54,908 nucleotides of DNA from a virus. Lineage: Duplodnaviria > Caudoviricetes. Shown piece by piece: positions 45,167-54,616 of this stretch (its first letter is position 1; each line of letters starts with the position of its first letter). Location of the stretch: positions 1-54,908 of IMG/VR virus record IMGVR_UViG_3300015245_000530, one strand, 5' to 3'. The notes below the pieces were generated by a model. It did not search any database. It saw only the letters and a program-made list of their open reading frames with translations, and was not told the origin of the DNA. A program made the position numbers and the translations under genes.

Positions 45167-45236
45167 GCGCGTCCCGTCCCCGGGCCGCTTATCCCACCGT
45201 CCCCGGCGGCATTCCATCGACCGTCCCCGGCCGGAA
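45167..45236 (-). promoter_or_regulatory. Three tandem GGGA-tetraloop hairpins in the capsid mRNA leader
   Basis: CCGTCCCCGG at 45174, 45197 and 45221 (+), i.e. CCG-GGGA-CGG on the mRNA, each with an extended stem. Confidence 0.7.
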
Positions 45237-45237
45237 G

Positions 45238-47070
45238 TCAGTACCGCGGCGTGCCCGACCCGGGCCGCGTCTCCTGCGCCATGCGGCGCTGGTTCGTCAG
45301 GAGGTAGTGCATGTCCGCGTTCACGCGGGCCTGCGCCCTCCTCTCGGGCTCGGGCACGTTCGACCCGGCGTCCCCGCCGCGGCCGTCCATGCCCTTCTCG
45401 ACCACGTTAACGCGGGTCGTGCCCTCGGGCAATGGGATCGACTCCATTTTCTTGATGCGCTCGGTCCAGTCGGTGATGACCGCCGCCTGATCCCGGATCG
45501 TCTTCTGGAAGGCCTCGAGCTGGGCGTTCATGCTGCCGCGGATCTTCTCGGCTTGGCTGGCCTCGCAGTCCGCCCCCGCGTCGACCAGCAGATCGTGCGC
45601 GTCGTTGAGGCGCCGCTGGTCGGTCTTGGAGTGGCGCGCGCCGATCTTGGCGAGCGGCATGCGCCCGACCACCTTGGCGAGGTCGCCCACGATCATGCCG
45701 CGCTCCATCGCGCCGTTCGCCTCCGCGGCCTCCTCCTCGCGGATCGACTGGAGGCACTCGTCGAGCACCTCGGCGCATATGTCGCCCATCTCGACGAGCA
45801 GCGCGCCGAACCGGTCGCAGAGCTCCTTGGAAACCACGACGCCGTACCCATAGCCAGGCCCCTCAAGCGATTCCTCGGCTGAGTCCAGCGACGCCAGCAG
45901 CTGGATGAGGTTGGCGACGCCGTAGAGCGACGCCGCCTTCTTGACGTCGACCTCGGCGATCTTCGTGACGTCGATCACCTCGGCGGCCTTGACGCGCCAG
46001 TTCTCCGGCAGCTCGGCCGTCGCGCCCAGCGACTTGGCCCGGCGGATGATGTGGCGCTTGGTGGCCGCCTGGTTCCTCGCGCGCGCGAGCCCCTCGACCA
46101 CGTCCTTCAGGGACGCCTTGTCGGGGATCGGGTACTCGCCGCCCTTCATGGCCACGCCGTCGCCGGCGTACTTCTTGCGCTCCGCCGGCGAGTAGGTGCG
46201 TCTCTCAAGCTCCTCGCGCATCAACTTCATGGCGTCGGTCGCCGGCTGCGCGGCCTTGGCGGCCACCGAGGCCGCCCGCGCGGCGAGCAGCGCGGCGCGG
46301 AGGTCCGACTTCTTGCGGAAGCTCTTGCCTGGCAATTCGGAGTGCACCCAGTCCTGCGCCCAGTTCTCCTCGCCGAGCGGCTCGTCATGGACGTGCGCGA
46401 TCGAGTGGTCGCCCGCGGCCTTGAGCGCGCTGGCGCGCTCCAGCTGCTTGGTGATGATGCCGCACGCCTCGGTGATGTGCTCGGCCCACTTTGATTCGTC
46501 TCCCGCGGCCTTGGCCAGGCGCTGCGCCTCGGCGGCCACGGTGTCGTTGGTGAACGGGATCTCCTTGGCCGCGAACTTCTTCAACTCCACGGTGCCGTCG
46601 GCCTTGACGATCTCGAACGTGGCGGTGGGGATGCAGGGCAGGTCGACGAGCGAGCCCTCGTAGGGGTCGGCGACGTACCGGTATAGCTTCTCGTTCTTGT
46701 CGTCGCGGGTCCGGCTGACGTACTTGCCGCCGATCGAGAACCCCGTGTAGACGCCCTCCAGGACCTTCTCCCACTCGTTCTTGTCGACCACCTTGGCGGC
46801 GACGTTGATCCGCAGGTGGTCGTCGTCAAAGCCCATGTCGGTGAACTTGCCGGCGGCGACGGCCCCGTGCATGGCCCGCAGGTTGCCGACGCTCTTGCCG
46901 TCGGTCGCCTTGGCGCAGTCGTTGGACCACTTCTCGAAGTAGGGCTTCGAGCCACCGTAGTCGAATATCTCCCCTGACCTGTCGGGCACCTCCTCGGCAA
47001 GCACGCCGTAGACGATCTGCTTTGCCGCGTCGACCTTGGTGATGGGGACGAAGACTGAGAGGTTGCCCAT
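45238..47070 (-). CDS. Prohead protease (XkdF-like) fused to scaffold region
   Basis: ITKVD..KQIVYG..EVPD..GE, NLRAMH, YTGFSIGG, EGSLVD.P; later GEYPIPD domain and KIGARHS. Confidence 0.85.
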   Translation of the reverse strand: MGNLSVFVPITKVDAAKQIVYGVLAEEVPDRSGEIFDYGGSKPYFEKWSNDCAKATDGKSVGNLRAMHGAVAAGKFTDMGFDDDHLRINVAAKVVDKNEWEKVLEGVYTGFSIGGKYVSRTRDDKNEKLYRYVADPYEGSLVDLPCIPTATFEIVKADGTVELKKFAAKEIPFTNDTVAAEAQRLAKAAGDESKWAEHITEACGIITKQLERASALKAAGDHSIAHVHDEPLGEENWAQDWVHSELPGKSFRKKSDLRAALLAARAASVAAKAAQPATDAMKLMREELERRTYSPAERKKYAGDGVAMKGGEYPIPDKASLKDVVEGLARARNQAATKRHIIRRAKSLGATAELPENWRVKAAEVIDVTKIAEVDVKKAASLYGVANLIQLLASLDSAEESLEGPGYGYGVVVSKELCDRFGALLVEMGDICAEVLDECLQSIREEEAAEANGAMERGMIVGDLAKVVGRMPLAKIGARHSKTDQRRLNDAHDLLVDAGADCEASQAEKIRGSMNAQLEAFQKTIRDQAAVITDWTERIKKMESIPLPEGTTRVNVVEKGMDGRGGDAGSNVPEPERRAQARVNADMHYLLTNQRRMAQETRPGSGTPRY

Positions 47071-47259
47071 GGGGTTCTCCGGGAGGTCACCACTTTTAGA
47101 CGCGAATTGGGGGAAGCGCAATGCTTCCGGCGCCCCGCAAAACGTCGTCTGGACCACCGTCCTTGGCGGCCCGCCTTCGCCGCTTGCAGCTGCGCCGGCC
47201 CCAGCCAGAGTACCACTGGAGGCCGGAGGTCGCAGAGGTTGGGGCCGAGAACGTGCTAC

Positions 47260-47571
47260 TCATGGATCGCCGCTTGCCCCGCCCTTAACGTCACCACGCC
47301 GCGAGATACTCTTGCAAACGAATGCTGAGCGTCGCAGTTGCGAAGCCGACGCCCATTGGAACACGGTTTTCCTCGAGTGTCCAAGCGCCAAGGCGATGAA
47401 GTCGACGCCGACGCCGAGCAAGTATAATGCCTCCAACGACTCGCTGTCGTCGACCGTCCACCTGCGCCTGTCCCGTGGGGAGGGGAACGCGAGCGGTTCA
47501 TATTCGACGAGGTCGATGCCGAAGATTGCCTGCAACTCCTCCCGCGAGGCGCATAGAACCCCCACGCTCAC
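47260..47571 (-). CDS. HTH-like hypothetical protein
   Basis: WT..D...L..LY......IALALG.S..TV..WAS...L. Confidence 0.5.
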   Translation of the reverse strand: MSVGVLCASREELQAIFGIDLVEYEPLAFPSPRDRRRWTVDDSESLEALYLLGVGVDFIALALGHSRKTVFQWASASQLRRSAFVCKSISRRGDVKGGASGDP

Positions 47572-47750
47572 AGAGGTTTGTAGTCCATGAACTTGAGCGA
47601 CGGTAACGTTACGGGCTTGAGCTTGCCCGGCCCCTTGAGGCGGCCGCCGACGCCGTACCTGTTGTTCGCCGCGGTGTTCGCCTGGCGCATGAGTTTGACC
47701 TTGGGATCGAAGTTGCTCCCCTTGCCTGGACGCATCCACACCTTCGCCAT
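47568..47750 (-). CDS. Small basic hypothetical protein
   Basis: MAKVWMRPG...KPVTLPSLKF; coupled overlaps. Confidence 0.5.
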   Translation of the reverse strand: MAKVWMRPGKGSNFDPKVKLMRQANTAANNRYGVGGRLKGPGKLKPVTLPSLKFMDYKPL

Positions 47751-48028
47751 CACCCGTGGCCCGATCGATCGCTCTCCGGCGCCCGCTCTGGCTCGCTCCA
47801 GTGCGAAGGCCTCGCTCCAGTCGTTTCCTCGATCAGGTCGTCCATGCACGACTGCATCAGTCGCCTGAAGCGGTCCTTGAGTTCCAGGTTGTTTACCACG
47901 AAAGTTATCCGGATGGAGCCGAGGAGAAGGGCGTCGTCCATCGTCCCGGACTTGGCCATGTAGGCGTTCCAGAATTCCCCCTCGTGCCGCAGCGCCAGGC
48001 GGACCGGCATCAGAACTTTCTCGCTCAT
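47750..48028 (-). CDS. Conserved phage hypothetical protein
   Basis: RLALRHEGEFWNAY.A...TMDDA.LLGSI...APE.DRSGH. Confidence 0.7.
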   Translation of the reverse strand: MSEKVLMPVRLALRHEGEFWNAYMAKSGTMDDALLLGSIRITFVVNNLELKDRFRRLMQSCMDDLIEETTGARPSHWSEPERAPESDRSGHG

Positions 48029-50418
48029 TCCTCGTCTCCCGCCTCGTCTGCCGGCTCGTCCTCGACCACTGGCGCCACGGCGCACTCGCAGTTCGGGTGC
48101 GCGGTCGGCTCAGAGTCGCCGGACGGGAAGTCGTCGTCAACATCGATGGCCCCGGCGTCGGCGTTCTCCTGGCATATCTCGCAGGGGTTGGGCCCGAGTA
48201 TCCACTCCTTCTTCACGTTCACGCCGGCCTCGTCGCGGGCGATCCTGTAACCCTCGACGGCGGCCGCGGAGTTGGCGTCGCGTATCTCGGTGAAGGCGAT
48301 GAGCTCCGCCCGGTCGTCCGAGAACGCGCCTATGTCCGCGATCTCGTCGGCGATGGCCTCGTTCCCGATGTTCTCGTCGAGGCCGTCGGCGATGGCCTCG
48401 CGGATGGCGTCTCGGGTGGTGTCCTCGATCTGGTAGCGCGCGTCCGGGTTGTCCACCAGCTCGCCGTCGACGTACCGCTTGCCCACAAGCTCGGCCGCGT
48501 AATCGCGCGCTATGTCGGCCGCGCGCTCGTTCACGACGTCCATGAGGTCGGATTCGGCGTCCACCCCGAGCGACAGGACGGCCTGCTCGGCGTAATCCTG
48601 CGCCGCGGCGGCCAGCGCGTCGGCCACATCGTCGATCGCGGCCTCTATGTCGGACAGGTCGGCGTCGGCGGCGATCGCCGCGGCGATCTCCTCGTTGGTC
48701 CTGGAGTCGTCGGCCTTGGCTACTTTGGCCAGGCCCCGCTTCACCGCGGCCTTGGTTTTCTTGGCCGCCTTGCCGAACGCGCGCCTGAGGAGCTTGGCCG
48801 CCTTGGCCCGGGCCCGCAGGATCTTCGGCCGGTCAAAAGGGATGGGTTCGAGCCGCCTCCCGGCGGCCGACTTCTTCTTGACCGGTTTGCCCTTCGACTC
48901 GTCCGGATTCGCTGCGCCGCCGTTCGGCTTGGCGTTCCCGGCCGGCGGCTTGCCGCCGAAGGCGGGCTCGGGCGGGCCAAGCAGGTCGAGCGCCTTCTTC
49001 TTCTCCTCAAGGGTGTTGGCGCCGATCGGCAGGTAGCCGGTGGCCGTCTTCACCATCAGCTGGTCGGCCGCGGGGTCTTCGGACGGCTCCTCGCCGAGCT
49101 CCTCGCGCGCCTCGTTCAGCGTGATGAGCCCGTCCTCGACGCGCTTGGCAAGGATGTTGGTCTGCTTCTCCTGGTCGACCTCGATCTCCTCGTCGAAGGC
49201 GAACTCCAGGTCGCGCGAGCCGAACTCTACCTCTATGACGTCGGTGAACCACTCGCGGATGTAGTCCTTGTAGGGCTCTATGCCCTCCTCCTTGGCCGTG
49301 TCCTGCGCCGTGCCGGCGGTGGCCCGGTTCATCATCTGGACGAACGGCTGCGGCGACATGGAGTGGGCGAAGCACACGACGCGCGCGAGCCACTCGTCGG
49401 TCTTGCCGGTGAGCTCCGGCTCCTTGGTGGGGATGAAGGTCTTGGCGACGCCGCCGGGCACGAACTTCGCGCGGCGCCTGACGGCGAGGTTGCCGGACAG
49501 CATCGCGTCCCAGTAGGTTTGGAACGCCTGTATCTGGTCGGGCGTCCAGCTGTCCGGCGCGCCGATCAGCGACTCGGGGACGTTTCCCTCCGTGTAGTAG
49601 CTCAGCATGAACTGCTGGCGCCGCAGCGCGATGTTCACGGTGGTGATGATCTGCTCGACGGGCGAGTAGCCGTACACCTTGTGGGCGCGCTTGTTGTAGG
49701 GCCGGTAGATCAGGTCCTCGACGCTGTAGTTGACCGCCGGGTAGCCCTTCAACGCCTGCTGGTATGCGGGAGGGACCACGCGGCCGCCGTCGGCGGCGAC
49801 GTAGGGCACGGGGGTGCGGCCCCAATCGTCGACGAGGACCTTGACGGTGGCGCCGTCGATCTGCTTGAGCGCGATGAGCTGGCCGCCGCGGTTGCGTTGG
49901 CAATAGATGGCCGGCGCGTCGATCACGCACAGGTCTTCCAGGTACGACCGCAGCCAAGCGCGGTACCTGGTGATCCCGTCGGGCCGGCTAAAGAACGGGG
50001 TGAGCGCGTCGATGCGCGCCTGGTCGGCGTCCTTGATCTTCGACTTCTTGTCGGTGCCCTTTACGCGGATGCTCCAGTTCAGCTTGCAGAGCTGGTCCTT
50101 GCGCGTCTCGATGACGAGGCGGAGCAGGTCGTAGACCTCCGCCAGCGAGCGCAGCATCTGGAAACCGACCTGCTCGTAGGCGCGCGGCTGGTTGACGAGG
50201 TTGTAGCCGTGGGGGTAGTCGAACTGCCGCCCCGCGACCTCGGGCGGCGCGATCGGCTCCATGGGGTTGAGGGGGCCGAACCAATCCTCCGGGCCGTTCC
50301 GAATGATGCCCTGCGATCGATCGTAGTTCGACGAGATCGTCACCTGGTAGGGCGACAACGCCGTCATCGAGCGGCCTTCGCCCCGAGGGGTCTGCACTTT
50401 CTCAATGTCATCAGTCAT
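48025..50418 (-). CDS. Portal protein fused to a MuF/gp7-like minor head domain
   Basis: Portal motifs (IETRKDQ, YGYSPVEQ, ITLNEAREELG.EP) then RAELIAFTE, KKEW, CEIC..N, PTAHPNC.C. Confidence 0.88.
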   Translation of the reverse strand: MTDDIEKVQTPRGEGRSMTALSPYQVTISSNYDRSQGIIRNGPEDWFGPLNPMEPIAPPEVAGRQFDYPHGYNLVNQPRAYEQVGFQMLRSLAEVYDLLRLVIETRKDQLCKLNWSIRVKGTDKKSKIKDADQARIDALTPFFSRPDGITRYRAWLRSYLEDLCVIDAPAIYCQRNRGGQLIALKQIDGATVKVLVDDWGRTPVPYVAADGGRVVPPAYQQALKGYPAVNYSVEDLIYRPYNKRAHKVYGYSPVEQIITTVNIALRRQQFMLSYYTEGNVPESLIGAPDSWTPDQIQAFQTYWDAMLSGNLAVRRRAKFVPGGVAKTFIPTKEPELTGKTDEWLARVVCFAHSMSPQPFVQMMNRATAGTAQDTAKEEGIEPYKDYIREWFTDVIEVEFGSRDLEFAFDEEIEVDQEKQTNILAKRVEDGLITLNEAREELGEEPSEDPAADQLMVKTATGYLPIGANTLEEKKKALDLLGPPEPAFGGKPPAGNAKPNGGAANPDESKGKPVKKKSAAGRRLEPIPFDRPKILRARAKAAKLLRRAFGKAAKKTKAAVKRGLAKVAKADDSRTNEEIAAAIAADADLSDIEAAIDDVADALAAAAQDYAEQAVLSLGVDAESDLMDVVNERAADIARDYAAELVGKRYVDGELVDNPDARYQIEDTTRDAIREAIADGLDENIGNEAIADEIADIGAFSDDRAELIAFTEIRDANSAAAVEGYRIARDEAGVNVKKEWILGPNPCEICQENADAGAIDVDDDFPSGDSEPTAHPNCECAVAPVVEDEPADEAGDEE

Positions 50419-50537
50419 ATGCGGGTGCAACATGGAAGCCGATCATCCACATTAGACTACACTGAAACGACCACCAAGTCACGGTGGCGCCGCGAACTGC
50501 GTCAGATCGGCGGGGCCTGAGAATTTCTGAGTGATGG

Positions 50538-52082
50538 TCATGGCGGAAGCATTTCAGGGTTTGAGAGCAAATTTGCTGGCCCGGAAAATTTCTGCGTCAA
50601 GCTCATTGCCTGATACGCGCCAATCGTACTCGGTGGCCTAGAATTAGAATTACAAATATTGGTGATAGGAATGTTTATGAGATCAGTCACGACATTCACA
50701 TTTGCACCAGCGTCCTGCACATCACTTACCGTAAACGTATTCGCTGAGCTGCAATTATTGACACCACCTACGTCGCCAAGGAAATATTTATAGCCAGGGA
50801 CAAAAAGGCCGACCGAAATCCCGTTTGTATAGTTAATATCTGACTTTGATATTGTAAAGGTGCCAGCTGCAAAAGATAATGACGACAAATCAATATGATG
50901 AAAATTCGTCAAAGCAGTCGGAAACGTCACGCCATCAAGTGATATACTATTGCTTCTCCCACAACATGTTGACCCAGCACGGATGCCATTATTTGGACCG
51001 CCAGGCGAAAAGATAGTGTTGACAATATTTGTATTTAGAACAGTCCCTCCTAAAGCACCACGAAAATTTGAATTCGATATATTTAGTGCAGCAACGGAAG
51101 CGCTTTGAATAGTCAACTGATCTCCAGTGCATCGCGTAATATTTAGTGATTCTATTTCTTTATCGATTTCCGACGCCAGCAATTCGCATCCACTAAAAAA
51201 TATAGACTGCGAAACCGTCGGGTCCGTACCGACACCTGATATAGATACATCTTGGGCTACAATTGTCCTGCCCTGAAACGTTACCTGTCCTGCGCTATAT
51301 ATCGTTCCGCCCCTGATGGTTACATTCGTATTCCATGATGGCTCTAGCAAGTAAATCATCGCTGGTCCGCCTAAATTAATGCTGGATGGGCCGCCAGTAG
51401 ACAATTGAGGATATGTCGATTTATATGAATTGCCTAATATGCTGCTAAGCGTTATTACGCTTCCATTTATCGCCGTTATCAACCTGAATTCAAAAAATTG
51501 AAAATTAGGCGGGAACCCATTCAACTGCAACCCAAGAGCGGTGATCGTAATCCACCGACCGACTGAAAACCTACCAATGTTTCCGTCATTGACGGTTACT
51601 GTTGAATCTCCCGCACTGGCGGTATTTATTAAAGCGTTGTTCGTGTTATTATCGAAAAATCCGAATCCACCAACAAACTGCACATTTTGGATTGTCGCCC
51701 CATACATCCAAATATCTGCGTTTGTAATTCCAGATAAATTATGCGCTGAACAATCACTCGTTATACAGAAATGTGTGCCTGTTGTGTCGAGGATGCAATT
51801 AGAGCCGGGAGGAATATATAATACGGCCTTGGTTGGGTTCGCCGCAATCGACGCGCTGACCCATGATGCCCATGCTGTCGCATCAGAATCGGTTCCATTG
51901 CAAGTCGCTCCATAACCCGTATTACATTTTCCAGCGATCGACGAAGTTATGCACGAGACGTTAGTCGGGCCTCCGTAAAGATTTGGATCGAATGTTGTAT
52001 TATGGCCGCCTCTTCCTCCTGCGAATGAAGATTGAAGCGCACCTAAAACAAACAAGCTAACTAATATAGCGCGCCACATCAA
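50538..52082 (-). CDS. Secreted beta-helix-like protein (AT-rich), possible depolymerase or adhesin
   Basis: Signal peptide ending SFA; YGATCNGTDSDATA and LYIPPG pectin-lyase-like cap motifs; many Cys; Asn/Ser/Thr/Ile-rich. Confidence 0.65.
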   Translation of the reverse strand: MMWRAILVSLFVLGALQSSFAGGRGGHNTTFDPNLYGGPTNVSCITSSIAGKCNTGYGATCNGTDSDATAWASWVSASIAANPTKAVLYIPPGSNCILDTTGTHFCITSDCSAHNLSGITNADIWMYGATIQNVQFVGGFGFFDNNTNNALINTASAGDSTVTVNDGNIGRFSVGRWITITALGLQLNGFPPNFQFFEFRLITAINGSVITLSSILGNSYKSTYPQLSTGGPSSINLGGPAMIYLLEPSWNTNVTIRGGTIYSAGQVTFQGRTIVAQDVSISGVGTDPTVSQSIFFSGCELLASEIDKEIESLNITRCTGDQLTIQSASVAALNISNSNFRGALGGTVLNTNIVNTIFSPGGPNNGIRAGSTCCGRSNSISLDGVTFPTALTNFHHIDLSSLSFAAGTFTISKSDINYTNGISVGLFVPGYKYFLGDVGGVNNCSSANTFTVSDVQDAGANVNVVTDLINIPITNICNSNSRPPSTIGAYQAMSLTQKFSGPANLLSNPEMLPP

Positions 52083-52987
52083 AACCCGCCAAATGTATGG
52101 TAGTTTGCACTCACGTTTGACGATTGCGTGCTGGAAAAATTAGTACCCCACACCCCAGCTCCGCTTATCTGTCCAACATAGTTGCTCCCGTTTCCGTCAT
52201 TTCCTATAAAGATAGCATTCTGCGCCAAAGCCAAAGCGCCACAGTTACCCGTGGTGTTGCTTCCGTCTACGTTTATTGCCGCATTCGGCGAGGTATTCCC
52301 TACCGCCGTAGCAGCATGCCAAGCACCACTTGTCGATGCTTTCAACAAATCAGATCCGCAAAAAGCGGAATTTTCAGGTGTATTATAAAAGTATAGACCT
52401 GCGTTAGTCCCACCTGTTTTCGTGGCAACGAGTGCTCCTCCGGACGCTCCTGTTGCAGTATCTTTGTAGGAAACGCTTACCGTCCATGGTTGAGAGACGG
52501 ACACGCCCCCATTCCATGCCACCTTCGTCAAAAAACTGCCGCTGGCAAACACCATGCACGCGTGTCCGTTCTGACAATTAAACAAAATGGTCGGACGCGT
52601 GGCCTCTGTGGGGTTCGTGGCATCGTTAGAATTTCCTGTCTGATCGTAGGCGGTCTTGATTGTGCACGTAACGACGCTGCAATGAGATGCGCCTATCAAT
52701 CCATCGACAACGGTACCTGATGAATTAAAAACAAGGTCTCCGCAAGATGCATCTGCAACGAGACAGACATTGAACGCCAATCCTCCGCCGCTCGCATAAG
52801 CTGCTGTGTATGCCTGTGCACCCCAAAATGTTAGAGCGCTTCCCACAACATCGCCGGGACCCTGAAAAGCCGCAATTCCGCTCCCCGCTCCACCAACTCC
52901 CGTCAATGTCAATTGCGCGCGCGGCTGCACGAGCGCCACGCCAAGCAGAAGGAGCGCAAAGCCGGTGGCGAAGAGGGAGCGGTTCAT
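52079..52987 (-). CDS. Secreted LamG/arabinofuranosidase-B-like beta-sandwich protein
   Basis: Signal peptide; GPGDVV, YDQTGN.NDA......RP, YVGQI.; several Cys pairs. Confidence 0.6.
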   Translation of the reverse strand: MNRSLFATGFALLLLGVALVQPRAQLTLTGVGGAGSGIAAFQGPGDVVGSALTFWGAQAYTAAYASGGGLAFNVCLVADASCGDLVFNSSGTVVDGLIGASHCSVVTCTIKTAYDQTGNSNDATNPTEATRPTILFNCQNGHACMVFASGSFLTKVAWNGGVSVSQPWTVSVSYKDTATGASGGALVATKTGGTNAGLYFYNTPENSAFCGSDLLKASTSGAWHAATAVGNTSPNAAINVDGSNTTGNCGALALAQNAIFIGNDGNGSNYVGQISGAGVWGTNFSSTQSSNVSANYHTFGGF

Positions 52988-52989
52988 TG

Positions 52990-53934
52990 CTACTTCCAAT
53001 CAATATTTACCACAAACGTAGCCGCCGCCGGCGATGTATCGTCGTTTGCTGCAATGCCAGTCACTACGCAATAGCTAATACCGGTCGAGAATTGCGCATC
53101 GATCACGGTTCCTATCGCGCCGGCGCCGTTGGCAGCAGTCGAGGCCGCAGGAATCATAATTTGCTTAACAATTGTATCGCTGGCACAGGTCGGAGATGAT
53201 GCTTTGTCGTAAAACTTCAACCAAGCTGGGGCGGAACCTATACCAAATACCTGTACGGCATGAACTATGCCAGAGGACGGCTTGAGGTTGGTCGCATTGT
53301 CGTTGTTCGCAGCAACGAACCATTTCGGCGTCCAACCTCCTGCCGTAAATGCCACATTACCGCTTGTATTGCACAAGGTCGGATCATAGGGCTTGACAGG
53401 GAGGTGCTGAATGAACGGCGTGACAGAACCCGACCCGGTAATCGCAGTCGTCAGTCTTATACGAATGCTGCGATAACCCTGCGTAAAAATTACGAAGGGC
53501 TCATCGGTGCTTGCAACCAGCGTATAAGGGTTGGTGCGATTTAGACAAGCGGACTGCGCGGCCATGAAGAATTGAACGGGGATGATAATTGGCGCGCCTG
53601 CCAATCCGTCAGTATAGGTACCGTCGTATGTGCCCTCGAAGGTGACGGCTCCAACCGTAATCGTGCTCGTCTGAATCAATTGCACGCTGATAGCCGGCGA
53701 TCCGGAATTATTCCAGATTACCTGTGATGTATTTACGGCTGTACCAGAATTCCATGCCGCGCCGGTAATAAGTGCCGCGGCTGGCGTGACCATAGGTGAC
53801 AGAACGCCACCGCCAATATCTTTGGTTGCGGGTGTAGTACCTGACCCGCCGGTGATCTGTACGGCATTGTCGGCCGCCATGGCGTGACTGAACAACGTCA
53901 GTACGGCGAGTAACCCAAACAATGATTGCTTCAT
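52990..53934 (-). CDS. Secreted two-domain beta protein resembling phage head-spike/decoration proteins
   Basis: Signal peptide ending AMA; VTFEGT.DG domain and WLKFYDKAS.PT...IPA...FSTGI domain. Confidence 0.6.
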   Translation of the reverse strand: MKQSLFGLLAVLTLFSHAMAADNAVQITGGSGTTPATKDIGGGVLSPMVTPAAALITGAAWNSGTAVNTSQVIWNNSGSPAISVQLIQTSTITVGAVTFEGTYDGTYTDGLAGAPIIIPVQFFMAAQSACLNRTNPYTLVASTDEPFVIFTQGYRSIRIRLTTAITGSGSVTPFIQHLPVKPYDPTLCNTSGNVAFTAGGWTPKWFVAANNDNATNLKPSSGIVHAVQVFGIGSAPAWLKFYDKASSPTCASDTIVKQIMIPAASTAANGAGAIGTVIDAQFSTGISYCVVTGIAANDDTSPAAATFVVNIDWK

Positions 53935-53939
53935 GTTGT

Positions 53940-54155
53940 TCACCATAGCAATAGGACGAAGTATTGGGAGTTGCAGGCTTGCGAAAAGTCGAGCGCGTTG
54001 GAACAACCGCCCCCGCCACCGCCGCCGCTCGATCCCGTTGCGCTACTGCTCGGCCCGATCGGCACCAGCGATCCAGGTCCAATGCTGGGGCGATTGAACT
54101 GCGCCATGACGTGACCGGCCCATATAAGCGAGAGCAGCACCAGAACCGTTCTCAT
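53940..54155 (-). CDS. Small secreted protein with Gly linker and CSNALDFSQAC motif
   Basis: MRTVLVLLSLIWAGHVMA signal; poly-Gly; C-x9-C; hydrophobic aromatic C-terminus. Confidence 0.65.
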   Translation of the reverse strand: MRTVLVLLSLIWAGHVMAQFNRPSIGPGSLVPIGPSSSATGSSGGGGGGGCSNALDFSQACNSQYFVLLLW

Positions 54156-54616
54156 GACAAATCCTGGATGTTGACGTTCACATCGCAGGTGAGCGCCGTC
54201 GCATTCGCGACCGTGATACGCACGAACAGAGAGGCCGCCGTCAGCCGTGTCGTGGCTACCGTACCGGCCAACGTCATCGGCAGGATGATTGCCGCTGAGG
54301 TCGCTCCCGTGACCGTACCGGCCGCGACGAGGTTCGTGCCCGTCCCGCCAGCGGCGGTCCAAAGTCCTACCTGAGCAAGCACGGGTGTTGCGGAACAATT
54401 CGTGACCCTAATATTGGTCACCACATACGCTGTCACCCACGCGGGAACGGTGATCGTTGCGTTGTCGCCTGTCGCCGCAAAGTTGACTGTGCGGGCTGTG
54501 AGGTTGCCGACCGCCTGCGCAGGCGCATTGACGGCCTGAGTAATTGGACCCGCGGCCCAGCTTTGCGAGCCGAACAGCAGTGCTGCGATGATGGATAGGG
54601 GTCTGATGTTCAACAT
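54152..54616 (-). CDS. Secreted beta-sandwich protein
   Basis: Signal peptide ending SWA; Thr/Ala/Val-rich; one Cys pair. Confidence 0.65.
   Translation of the reverse strand: MLNIRPLSIIAALLFGSQSWAAGPITQAVNAPAQAVGNLTARTVNFAATGDNATITVPAWVTAYVVTNIRVTNCSATPVLAQVGLWTAAGGTGTNLVAAGTVTGATSAAIILPMTLAGTVATTRLTAASLFVRITVANATALTCDVNVNIQDLS

Noticed and set aside
48097-50520. Very long antisense or alternate-frame ORFs (also 36090-38438, 30469-32682, 31002-32765, 10527-12095)
   Set aside because: Shadows of high-GC genes with strong codon bias; the translations are Arg/Gly/Ala-rich with no motifs.
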